DNA of 64,000 bases from a virus. Location of the stretch: positions 82,967 to 146,966 of IMG/VR virus record IMGVR_UViG_3300045988_099717, one strand, 5' to 3'. The position numbers and the translations under genes were made by a program. Numbering within the stretch: position 1 is the first letter of the stretch; each line of letters begins with the position of its first letter. The notes under the pieces were generated by a model. That model did not search any database and was not told the origin of the DNA. It worked only from the letters and a program-made list of their open reading frames with translations. Shown in pieces: positions 56,787-64,000 of this stretch.

Positions 56787-57590
56787 TCATTTCTTGATTG
56801 CTTTTTTGAGTTCTGAAATAATATATTTGCCGGGAGAGTGCAGCCGAGCTCCTCCTCGTTCAGCAGCTTGGATTATGGTCCAAATGGGATGCCCTATTTC
56901 TCCATTGTTCGACAATTGGCAAATGGTGTTGAACTCGTCTGGAGGGATAAATAATCTGTTCAGCCTGTTGGTCAGTCCTTCGAAGTTTCTTTCTATCCCA
57001 TCTGTATTGGAATCTTTAGAAAAAAGATTATTTCCGCATCCTCCATTTCCCCCTGTGGGGGATAGAGGGGGAGGATACTTTTCTTTACTTTCTTTTTCTT
57101 TCCTTTCCTTTTCTTTTCTTTTATTGCTATCATTTCCCGTAGCATTTGCTATAGCTTTGCTATCATTTTCGATAGCATTTGCTATATTTTTGCTATTTCC
57201 CCACCTTTTTTCAAGACCTTTCTTTCCAGCTTCAGCTTTTTTTCTACTTTGTTCGTCTTTAATCTCCATTCTTTGTTTGAAACTTTCGGAGTAGAAGTAC
57301 TTACCGTCATCGGTAAAGACAAATAACCCAAAATCTTCAACGACTGATTTTATCAGGGAAGCGTCTTCACGAAGGTCAAAGGCTATCATGTTATAATCTT
57401 TGACACTCGTGTATTCCGGTTCTTCCCTTAATCTTTCAAGGATCATAAAGTAAACACTGTAACCGGCAGCTTTATGCCGCATTCTAAGCCGTATAAGTTT
57501 GTCAGAGTTTCTTGCATTGCTGTCATGGGGAAAGTAGCTTGTCAACTCTTTCCTTGTTGCCATATCATAAATTCTTCTCCACTTTATCAA
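56787..57590 (-). CDS. Replication initiator or replisome organiser (DUF4373-like N-terminal domain) with internal iterons
   Basis: The N-terminus YFPHDSNARNSDKLIRLRMRHKAAGYSVYFMILERL matches DUF4373, which is found in phage replisome organiser proteins. A central KEKERKEKESKEK low-complexity stretch and AIAN repeats are encoded by the iteron-like DNA repeats. Confidence 0.55.
   Translation of the reverse strand: MIKWRRIYDMATRKELTSYFPHDSNARNSDKLIRLRMRHKAAGYSVYFMILERLREEPEYTSVKDYNMIAFDLREDASLIKSVVEDFGLFVFTDDGKYFYSESFKQRMEIKDEQSRKKAEAGKKGLEKRWGNSKNIANAIENDSKAIANATGNDSNKRKEKERKEKESKEKYPPPLSPTGGNGGCGNNLFSKDSNTDGIERNFEGLTNRLNRLFIPPDEFNTICQLSNNGEIGHPIWTIIQAAERGGARLHSPGKYIISELKKAIKK
57124..57200. 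promoter_or_regulatory. Iteron-like direct repeats (candidate origin of replication) inside the initiator gene
   Basis: Five TTGCTAT cores at about 57125, 57146, 57158, 57181 and 57192. Spacings alternate between about 11-12 and 21-23 bp. An adjacent 40-nt T/C-rich AT tract at 57083-57123 could act as a DNA-unwinding element. Confidence 0.5.
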
Positions 57591-57967
57591 TATCCTGTCT
57601 TATTGAGTCTAAGCGATTCCTTCTCGTAACTAAGCAGGCTTCGAAGCGAATCCAGTTGATGCGTGCAAGAAGCATTGAGTCGGTCCAATCGGTCGACCAG
57701 ATAGCATTCGTCTTCCGCGATGCTATCCAGTAAGGCATTCTGCACTTTGGCCGACAGGCAATTTTCTTTCGCTATCCGAATGATCATGTTCTGTATCTCG
57801 TCAGACTTTTTCTTCCGGAGTATTTTTTTTGCCTCTGCGAGCATTTCGCCGGTACGCATCATGTAGACCATGATGACGGATATGCGCTCTTGTATTTCCG
57901 CCGGATTGTTCGAGCAGGTGGTGTTTAGATAATCGCTTATTTCTTTTATCTCTTTCTCCATCGTCAT
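57587..57967 (-). CDS. Hypothetical protein
   Basis: 126-aa ORF. Confidence 0.45.
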   Translation of the reverse strand: MTMEKEIKEISDYLNTTCSNNPAEIQERISVIMVYMMRTGEMLAEAKKILRKKKSDEIQNMIIRIAKENCLSAKVQNALLDSIAEDECYLVDRLDRLNASCTHQLDSLRSLLSYEKESLRLNKTGY

Positions 57968-58317
57968 ACGTTGTTTAAGTACTCATTCACAACTTTCATG
58001 AATTCGCCGATCGAACGGACAACGACATATTTGGCGCCGATCCGACCAAACTCAGCTTCGTATTCCTTCTGGTGTACGGATTGTCTGTTTTTGCCGGCCT
58101 TCAACTCGATCCCCATAAACGGGTGTTCTTTATTTGGATATAGCAAAATGAGGTCCGGGACCCCGGCTCTGACACCCATTTGTTTAAACTTCGCCGCCTC
58201 GACTGCATTGCGATAGCCTCCGTTAGGAACGTGTATCAGCAAGTGTCTGAGGTTCGCATATTGCAAATCGAACCATCTGACTATTGACTTTTGTAATTGA
58301 TCTTCTATATGTCTCAT
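57964..58317 (-). CDS. VRR-NUC domain nuclease
   Basis: HVPNGGYRNAVEAAKFKQMGVRAGVPDLILLYP...MGIELKAGKNRQSVHQKEY contains the PD-(D/E)XK core motifs typical of VRR-NUC. Confidence 0.65.
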   Translation of the reverse strand: MRHIEDQLQKSIVRWFDLQYANLRHLLIHVPNGGYRNAVEAAKFKQMGVRAGVPDLILLYPNKEHPFMGIELKAGKNRQSVHQKEYEAEFGRIGAKYVVVRSIGEFMKVVNEYLNNV

Positions 58318-58395
58318 TCGTAATCGTAATTATCGTATTCATCCGGTTCATAGTCCGGTATGTCGTATCCAAAATCCATCGAGCTGTTTCCTTTC

Positions 58396-58995
58396 TCATC
58401 CTTCACCAGAAGGTGTTACAACCGTGTCACGTCCGGTCTTGTCTACGATGATCTTCTTTCCCGATACGGTGATTTCCGTCTTACACCCTTCAGGTAGGGA
58501 CTGGAAGAATTTGCGAACGGATGGATTGTTGGCGTCGGCTGTTTTATCCGTATCTTTGTCATCTTCGGCATCATACGGGAATATATCCATGAGTGCGGTT
58601 TCGGTGACAGAAGCAATTTCGTAATCGGCCAAAGTGCCCTTCATTCCTTTTTCCAGCACTTCGATAGCTTCTTTCAAATTGGAGGCTTGTGTCAGCATCT
58701 GTGCAGCTGTTTTCTTTTCAGCTCCGCTTTTCTCATCAAGCGTAATGAAGTAGACTTTGATCTTATAGAAGCGGTCGCCATTCTCATTGAAGAATATCTC
58801 GGACAACTTTGCCCGTTTGATGTCTTTTATCACAAACTCACCGCTGATAAAAGGGGTTAATTCTTCGATGATACGAGCCTCTGCTTCTGTAAACGACAAG
58901 GCATCGACCAAATAGGGCTCCGTCACTTTCTTTTGCTTTCCGTCCTCCATTATCTTTTCATAGGAGACTTTACATTCAAACCAATTGTGCATCAT
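58396..58995 (-). CDS. Family-B paralog (DUF4494-like), copy 2
   Basis: See the entry at 49515. It has a C-terminal extension relative to copy 1. Confidence 0.55.
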   Translation of the reverse strand: MMHNWFECKVSYEKIMEDGKQKKVTEPYLVDALSFTEAEARIIEELTPFISGEFVIKDIKRAKLSEIFFNENGDRFYKIKVYFITLDEKSGAEKKTAAQMLTQASNLKEAIEVLEKGMKGTLADYEIASVTETALMDIFPYDAEDDKDTDKTADANNPSVRKFFQSLPEGCKTEITVSGKKIIVDKTGRDTVVTPSGEG

Positions 58996-59027
58996 ACTCT
59001 ATTTCTTTTAATTCGTTCAACCTATTT

Positions 59028-59091
59028 GTGGGACGGAGCGGAATCGAACCGCTCTGACGCATGGCTTATGTGACCACTCCCTTTCGTCCCA
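59028..59091 (-). tRNA. tRNA-like element, apparently truncated: no D-arm and no encoded CCA
   Basis: In RNA sense: GGGACGA-AAGGGA-GTGGT CACATAA GCCAT-GCGTCAG-AGCGG TTCGATT CCGCT-CCGTCCC-A. The T-arm is canonical (GGTTCGATTCC). The acceptor halves match at 6 of 7 positions. The anticodon-like loop CACATAA has A rather than U at position 33. The element is only about 62 nt, so a full cloverleaf cannot form. Confidence 0.35.
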
Positions 59092-59375
59092 AAACTCCCC
59101 TCTGCATATCCTCACGGACGGCAAGGGGAAACTAACCTAAACTAATACCATGCAAAACATACTATTCGACTATTCCCAGACTTTCCAATCCGGGATGTAT
59201 TCGTAATCATTCATTTCAAGCTCCTTTCTAATTTACGGGCCATCTTCCTGCATCTGCGGGCTACATCCAGATCGACCGGCTTAGAGCAGTTGGTGTCTAT
59301 TAGTACTTGCGATCGATTGAGCAGACCTATGATTGTTTTAATATCTGTTTTACTTATCCTGTCTTCATCCTCAAG

Positions 59376-60344
59376 TCATGGAACCTCTATCTTGTCGAAG
59401 TCAATGCCGTGTTCGTTCATGAAGTTGCCGAGAGCGATAATATTTTCACGGGTTGTTGTGACCTTGAAGGCACGAGTTAGAAGTTCCGGCTGTGCCGGCA
59501 CAGGCTGTTCTTTAGGCTGATCCATAAAAGAAGGTTGCCTATTCATCCTTTGATTAGCCGTATTAAAAGGATTGGGTTGGCTAACTTTGGGTTGTTCTGC
59601 TTCTACTTTCTTACGTGCTTCTTCCTGTTCTTTTCGTTCCTGTTCAGCTTTGATACGTGCTTCTTCTGCTGCTTGGGCACGTTCGCGTTGTTCCTTCAGA
59701 CGATTAGCATACTGGATGGTATTGCCAATGTTCATCGTGTCCATATAGTATGTGCGAAGTACGTCAAAATCATCACCGCCAAAGCCTTTAAGCGTTTCAA
59801 GATCTTCGTCAACCTTAGCGAAAACCGTTTCAATGTCTGCTTGTACCGCTTTCATGCTTGTGGACTTGTTAAGCCATTCCTGCTTGAAGATTTTCCGAAA
59901 GTCGATCAGAGTCGTATTTCCATCGTCGAAGTAGGAACGGATAACGGCAAGTTTCTTGTCTTTATACTGCTGTTCGTTCTGCTTGACTACCGTGTCAATC
60001 TTGGCAGAGCATTCGCCAATCAATTTTACGGTTTCAGCCACAACTTCCTTGAACTCCCCGAAAGGTTTCATAAATTCCTTTTCGATTTCAAGACGTTTTG
60101 AGTTGAGAAGTTTGGCCGCCTTGTTGAGAGCAGCTTTATCTCTCTTCGCTTGGTCGATATTGTCATCGTTATAGTTAGATATATCGTACATGGGAAGAGT
60201 TGATTTTACCATGTCTCTGATTTGGATCGCATTAGTAGTAAGGCTACCTAATGTTTTTTCACTAACGACCAGTTCAAGATCGCTTTCTTTGATTGCTAAT
60301 TGTGTGTTCATTTCTCTATATTTTTTATTAGTCCCATCCACCAT
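59376..60344 (-). CDS. Hypothetical coiled-coil protein
   Basis: 322-aa ORF. The K/E-rich central region is encoded by a local GC-rich patch. Confidence 0.5.
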   Translation of the reverse strand: MVDGTNKKYREMNTQLAIKESDLELVVSEKTLGSLTTNAIQIRDMVKSTLPMYDISNYNDDNIDQAKRDKAALNKAAKLLNSKRLEIEKEFMKPFGEFKEVVAETVKLIGECSAKIDTVVKQNEQQYKDKKLAVIRSYFDDGNTTLIDFRKIFKQEWLNKSTSMKAVQADIETVFAKVDEDLETLKGFGGDDFDVLRTYYMDTMNIGNTIQYANRLKEQRERAQAAEEARIKAEQERKEQEEARKKVEAEQPKVSQPNPFNTANQRMNRQPSFMDQPKEQPVPAQPELLTRAFKVTTTRENIIALGNFMNEHGIDFDKIEVP

Positions 60345-60993
60345 TATTATACATGGATAAATCGGCAGAATCTAAATCCGTTTTCTGAATAGCTTCTAAA
60401 AGTTTTTTCTTGGTTTCCCGACACATGTCATAACCATAGCCTTTGTACCGGTATGTACGCTCCCATGTGCTGATTGGGAAAGGAATATTTTCGTCAATGA
60501 CCAGCCTCTTCATATGAAGATGTTCGAAGAATTTCTCATGATAGAGTAGTTTGTACTCGTATGCTACTATACTTGCAGATGAGAATGGAAAATAATCATC
60601 TTCCTTTTCTTCGTATTTAGGCTCCTTATAGTAAGCCATTTTTGCCACAGTAAAGTCGAAGCTCCTGAGAATCTCTTCTGGCTTTCCGAACTCTGACTCT
60701 ATGAACTCTACCCATACCTTTTCTCCCTCTTTCTGGAATGCGCATACCTTCTCATTCCTATACTTAAATTTCCATCCTTCTTTCTGATGTCTTCCTTCAT
60801 TGAACAAATTAACAGCTTCCTGAAAATCGCTTTCACTTTCAAAGAAAATATCAATGTCTTTTACTCTTTCTCCGGAAAGGATATTCTTAAAACATCCTCC
60901 GGCAATGAATCCTTTATGACCTTCCATGTATTTGTCAAGCCATCTTATTTGCCCAAAATTGTCAGGTGTATTTTTCTGATAGTTAGTTTCCAT
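60328..60993 (-). CDS. Polymerase-beta-superfamily nucleotidyltransferase (CCA/poly(A)-polymerase head-like motif)
   Basis: FIAGGCFKNILSGERVKDIDIFF follows the hGG..R..L.G...KDIDI pattern of tRNA nucleotidyltransferase and poly(A) polymerase head domains. A later acidic residue lies in SFDFTV. Confidence 0.4.
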   Translation of the reverse strand: METNYQKNTPDNFGQIRWLDKYMEGHKGFIAGGCFKNILSGERVKDIDIFFESESDFQEAVNLFNEGRHQKEGWKFKYRNEKVCAFQKEGEKVWVEFIESEFGKPEEILRSFDFTVAKMAYYKEPKYEEKEDDYFPFSSASIVAYEYKLLYHEKFFEHLHMKRLVIDENIPFPISTWERTYRYKGYGYDMCRETKKKLLEAIQKTDLDSADLSMYNNGGWD

Positions 60994-60994
60994 T

Positions 60995-61669
60995 TCAATT
61001 AATTATTTTATCTATCATATCGTTAGCAAGGCGTATACGCCTCTCCATCTCCGCGAATATTTTTTCATCCGGCAGGATACGGACGATGTGTATCGGATCG
61101 GATTGATATGGATTATAGGCAATGAAATATACCTCTTTCGCCCCTGTACACATCATGTGTGCCATGCACTGGTAGAAGTATTCATATTTTACGCTTAATA
61201 GGGATGCGTTGTCATAAATCTCGTTCTTGTAGCGCATGAATGTTGCCTGGTTGGGACATTTTATTTCCAGACAGGACTTTATGCCGGTGTTCTCGTCGTA
61301 GTAAAAACCGTCTGGACTGCTGGCAAAATGTGGAATGGTAGGATGTTTGCACGAACCGACCTCCACAATATGCAGACCGGATATTTCGGCATACAGGTTG
61401 CGAGCATCCGCCTCTTGTTCGTTGCCCCATCGTATCGCCTTGCTGGTCACTTCCGTTTGCTTGAGATATTCGGCAAACTGGCTATCGTCATTAACGATAG
61501 CCGGATTCATTGCCCTTTCTGATGCTATTTGATATATGTAGCTTTTCCCTGTTTCAGAAAAGATGTCCGTGCGCCCGCTTTTCATTAGTAAGCCGACATT
61601 GCTGCCTGTGATATTCCCATGACGGGCGCGGAACCAAGCTATCGTATGCTGTGCTGCATTATCAATCAT
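60995..61669 (-). CDS. YqaJ-like viral recombinase-associated exonuclease (lambda-Exo family)
   Basis: The N-terminus AWFRARHGNITGSNVGLLM matches the YqaJ signature W..R.G.ITAS. It is adjacent to RecT. Confidence 0.6.
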   Translation of the reverse strand: MIDNAAQHTIAWFRARHGNITGSNVGLLMKSGRTDIFSETGKSYIYQIASERAMNPAIVNDDSQFAEYLKQTEVTSKAIRWGNEQEADARNLYAEISGLHIVEVGSCKHPTIPHFASSPDGFYYDENTGIKSCLEIKCPNQATFMRYKNEIYDNASLLSVKYEYFYQCMAHMMCTGAKEVYFIAYNPYQSDPIHIVRILPDEKIFAEMERRIRLANDMIDKIIN

Positions 61670-62538
61670 AACAGGGTTTTTTGTGAGGGTTGTTTACTAT
61701 CCGTCTCTGCTTTTTCAACCGGGTATGGTTGCTGTTCTTCCATTTTTTTTTGGACGGCTGCTTTGCTTGCCAGATCGGCCAGCTTGTTTTTTGGCTTGAT
61801 TTCTTCATATTCGACATCCTGTATGTCGTCAGCTTCTTCTTTAGTCAAGAATCCCATGCTGATTTCAGGACAGTACATACGTTGCCAGAATGCAGCAGCA
61901 CGATAAGTAAGCATAAGGCTTGGCATTGTAACCCACTTGCTACCGGTTTTTGTATACCATCCTTCCTTAATTGCCGTTTCAATCGTTATAGGATCGGATT
62001 CAAGTGTCTCCCCTGTAGAAAGTTCAGTTGCGTAGGCAATACATTCAATGTTGTCAACATCTGTACCGTCAAACTCTTTTACCACTATGGTATTACGCTT
62101 AGCAACATTATCCCAAACCGTTTCGTTATATTTGATCTTTCCGACCTTACCGAGACTTCGTTTTCGGTATCGTAGGGATGAATATTTACCACTCATGTTG
62201 ATGGTAGCAATAAGGAATTTGCTCGACCATGAGGGGTTGCCCTTGACAATGTAAAGGTTTTGCATGACCATCAGCGAATTCACGCCCATACGTGTTGCCA
62301 TATCAATCGCAATCACACAGTTGCCAACATTGCCTTTATAGGCTTCTGGTACGATTGTGCTTTCCGTGTACATCTTTGCCATGCGTTGCATGACCTCGAA
62401 CTGTTTCACCATCTGTCCGACCGGAGTAAGTGCAAATTCGGCAGCTTGTTTTGCCTGGGTAATCTGCAGTTCTGTTGTTTGAATCTGTTGTTCCATTATT
62501 ATACTGTTTTTAATGTTGTTCGTTTTTGTAAGCCTCAT
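61666..62538 (-). CDS. recT: RecT-family single-strand annealing protein
   Basis: A RecT-like core (...TESTIVPEAYKGNVGNCVIAIDMATRMGVNSLMVMQNLYIVKGNPSWS...) translationally coupled to the YqaJ exonuclease gene. Confidence 0.6.
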   Translation of the reverse strand: MRLTKTNNIKNSIIMEQQIQTTELQITQAKQAAEFALTPVGQMVKQFEVMQRMAKMYTESTIVPEAYKGNVGNCVIAIDMATRMGVNSLMVMQNLYIVKGNPSWSSKFLIATINMSGKYSSLRYRKRSLGKVGKIKYNETVWDNVAKRNTIVVKEFDGTDVDNIECIAYATELSTGETLESDPITIETAIKEGWYTKTGSKWVTMPSLMLTYRAAAFWQRMYCPEISMGFLTKEEADDIQDVEYEEIKPKNKLADLASKAAVQKKMEEQQPYPVEKAETDSKQPSQKTLL

Positions 62539-62818
62539 ATACGATGCCGATGGCGGAAAGGATCTCCTCCAGCCTTATGCATTTTCTTTGATAGTCACAT
62601 GCAATAATTATGTTATTCTGTGCTTCCAATGCGTATTCAACGAGCTCTCCGTGGCTCATCGCCTGCAAGTCTTCTTTTGTTTTCATTTGCTATGTTTTAA
62701 TAGTTGTACGTGTTCATTTCAAACCTCCAATCTTCCAACATTTCGTCGAATTCTGGATCATTGGTTTCTTCTCCGTCGTAGCAAAGATCGCCGTCCGGGT
62801 TCTTGATGTAGATCTCCT

Positions 62819-62968
62819 TCATTTCCGTTCCTCCTTATGTATTGCATATAATAAGGAAAGGCCACATGCAAAGAAGAGAACAAGGGAATAGTTGTAGAAC
62901 ATCCCGACACCACTGCCTATTGCCATAAGCAAGGCCATCACAAAGATGATTTTGTTTTCTGTTTCCAT
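62819..62968 (-). CDS. Small membrane protein with two transmembrane helices
   Basis: The ATG at 62968 gives METENKIIFVMALLMAIGSGVGMFYNYSLVLFFACGLSLLYAIHKEERK. The track ORF begins at GTG 63019. Confidence 0.4.
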   Translation of the reverse strand: METENKIIFVMALLMAIGSGVGMFYNYSLVLFFACGLSLLYAIHKEERK

Positions 62969-63002
62969 ATCGTTGATTTTTAAATTTGTTTCAAAAAGGA
63001 AA

Positions 63003-63031
63003 CCGTATCTACCTGTCACAGGCCGATACGG
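63003..63031. repeat. Conserved hairpin element, copy 1 (stem ccgtatc/gatacgg)
   Basis: tcaaaaaggaaaccgtatc-loop-gatacgg. The 21-nt left flank is nearly identical to that of copy 2 at 63319-63347. Confidence 0.5.
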
Positions 63032-63318
63032 CGATATTACTACTTATTCTAAACCAATAAAAAATAACTGAGGCCAATCGCGGACTCGATCCGCGTGTAA
63101 ACCCAGGTGAGCTTTTTAGGCGAGACACGTTGATATAATTAAAATTTTCACCTTGTTTATTTGGCCGCCCAACCATCTCTAAGGCGGAATAAATATTTCT
63201 TTCATATCAATGTTTGTTATGTGGCAATACGGTCTTCTTAACCAACCACCGCAAGGATACCCGGATAGGGATTGCCACGAGTTATATAGTATGGAAATAA
63301 AAAGAGTCAAAAAAGAAA

Positions 63319-63347
63319 CCGTATCGGCTTGTCGCAAGAGGATACGG
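63319..63347. repeat. Conserved hairpin element, copy 2 (stem ccgtatc/gatacgg)
   Basis: tcaaaaaagaaaccgtatc-loop-gatacgg. Confidence 0.5.
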
Positions 63348-63418
63348 ATAAGTTGGTTTTGCCAACTTCGTTAGCTGTAAACAATAAAAATTAAAGAATT
63401 AGTTGAGTAAAAATTTGT

Positions 63419-63463
63419 CCCCGGCAGCCGATCCGATCGACAGCTTCGCGCCTTTGTACCGGG
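63419..63463. repeat. 45-nt structured repeat, copy A (cccgg...gccgatcc...gcgcctt...ccggg)
   Basis: About 73 percent identical to copy B at 63859-63903 and in the same orientation. The ends can pair (cccgg/ccggg). Confidence 0.5.
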
Positions 63464-63504
63464 TTTTCTTAACTTTGTAGTGTCAAATCAAAAAAATTAA
63501 GAAA

Positions 63505-63693
63505 ATGAGCAAGTTTATTGAACTAAATTCTGGGAAAGACAAATTTATCGTGAATGTTAATTCTATTTCTTATGTCGAAAGAAGCGACTTGTCTGGTTCT
63601 GTTGTGCATTTTGCCTATTCAAGATCGGATGCTACTGCTGTTTTGTATGTAGATCAAAGTCTTGATCAGATCAGGGAATTAATCGCTGAATAA
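63505..63693 (+). CDS. Small hypothetical protein
   Basis: 62-aa ORF lying between the two copies of the 45-nt repeat. Confidence 0.4.
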   Translation: MSKFIELNSGKDKFIVNVNSISYVERSDLSGSVVHFAYSRSDATAVLYVDQSLDQIRELIAE

Positions 63694-63858
63694 TTCTTTC
63701 TTCCGGAAAACGGGGATTCCTATGATATAAAGGGTTGTTACCTGTTCTGCAATGTGCATTTCTTTTTTAAAGGTTTCCCCGATTCTTACTTCACGTAAGC
63801 GTTTTGTCTTTACTTCTTTTTGAATAAGTACTTTCATAATCACGTTTTTTAATTCGTT

Positions 63859-63903
63859 CCCGGAGGCCGATCCAATCAGCAGCGTAGCGCCTTCATGTCC
63901 GGG
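63859..63903. repeat. 45-nt structured repeat, copy B
   Basis: cccggaggccgatccaatcagcagcgtagcgccttcatgtccggg. It lies inside the doubtful minus-strand ORF 63679-63966. Confidence 0.5.
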
Positions 63904-64000
63904 ATATATCTTATTCGTAACGACGGTTGACCAACTCCATGACCGAGTAACACCGAAAGGGATCATCTGAAAGATGAACGTTACGCGTCACAACCTCACA

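Noticed and set aside
59028-59091. Calling the tRNA-like element a normal, complete tRNA-Met (anticodon CAT)
   Set aside because: It is only about 62 nt. The D-arm is missing, position 33 is A, and there is a mismatch at the base of the acceptor stem. I report it only as a tRNA-like or truncated element.
63060-63135. Possible second tRNA (T-loop-like GGATCGAGTCC) in the intergenic hub
   Set aside because: No matching acceptor-stem partner or anticodon arm could be built. It folds instead as a simple 6-bp GC hairpin (cgcgga-ctcga-tccgcg).
63679-63966. Minus-strand ORF of 95 aa at the window end
   Set aside because: It contains copy B of the 45-nt structured repeat and lies in a repeat-rich intergenic hub, so it is probably not a gene. 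The window end also truncates the context.
1-64000. Genome-wide stop-codon reassignment (TGA to Trp or TAG to Gln), as in some crAss-like phages
   Set aside because: The 2213-aa and 2140-aa ORFs are open under the standard code with all Trp as TGG, and most gene ends are followed quickly by further stops. Only the 15996-16938 locus, and weakly the 54297 locus, show TGA-bridged frames, so any recoding or readthrough would be local.
1-64000. CRISPR arrays, integrase or attP, rRNA
   Set aside because: No arrays of regularly spaced direct repeats were seen. No tyrosine or serine recombinase motifs were seen. There is no rRNA-like conserved sequence.

Overview
The window looks like about 64 kb from a large tailed dsDNA phage. 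The sequence is AT-rich, ribosome-binding sites are mostly absent, and TAnnTTTG-type -7 promoter boxes occur, so the host is probably a Bacteroidota bacterium. The layout resembles crAss-like (Crassvirales) phages; both the host and this resemblance are inferences. Nothing here was run through a database or a folding tool.

Layout:
- 1-12.2 kb, + strand: four consecutive late-type ORFs of 922+ aa (truncated at the window edge), 2213, 177 and 751 aa. They contain no domains I recognise and are probably virion or injected proteins.
- 12.2-22.1 kb: an accessory island. It holds a Bro-N/KilAC antirepressor, a Gly/Cys-rich membrane protein, an RG-rich protein, a protein with a DUF2829 (Tad2-like) domain, an intact IS200/IS605-family TnpB, many small ORFs and strong intrinsic terminators.
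- 22.2-30.2 kb, + strand: a 2140-aa giant ORF, then two small ORFs that start MRRRF; one carries a G10 tract.
- 30.2 kb: a perfect 15-bp inverted repeat where the + and - strand blocks converge.
- 30.2-63 kb, - strand: a replication and recombination module. Recognisable genes are a DnaB-like helicase, a zinc-finger/Toprim primase, an SF2 helicase, RecT with a YqaJ exonuclease, two Cas4/RecB-like nucleases, a VRR-NUC nuclease, KilA-N, and a DUF4373-like initiator that contains iteron-like repeats next to an AT-rich tract. The block also contains:
  - a second TnpB that is frameshifted;
  - an SPFH/flotillin-NfeD pair beside an acyl carrier protein;
  - an ABC-type ATPase;
  - a polymerase-beta-type nucleotidyltransferase near a truncated tRNA-like element;
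  - two families of duplicated genes.
- 63-64 kb: an intergenic hub with two families of repeated structured elements.

No capsid, terminase, DNA polymerase, integrase, CRISPR array or rRNA gene is present in the window.
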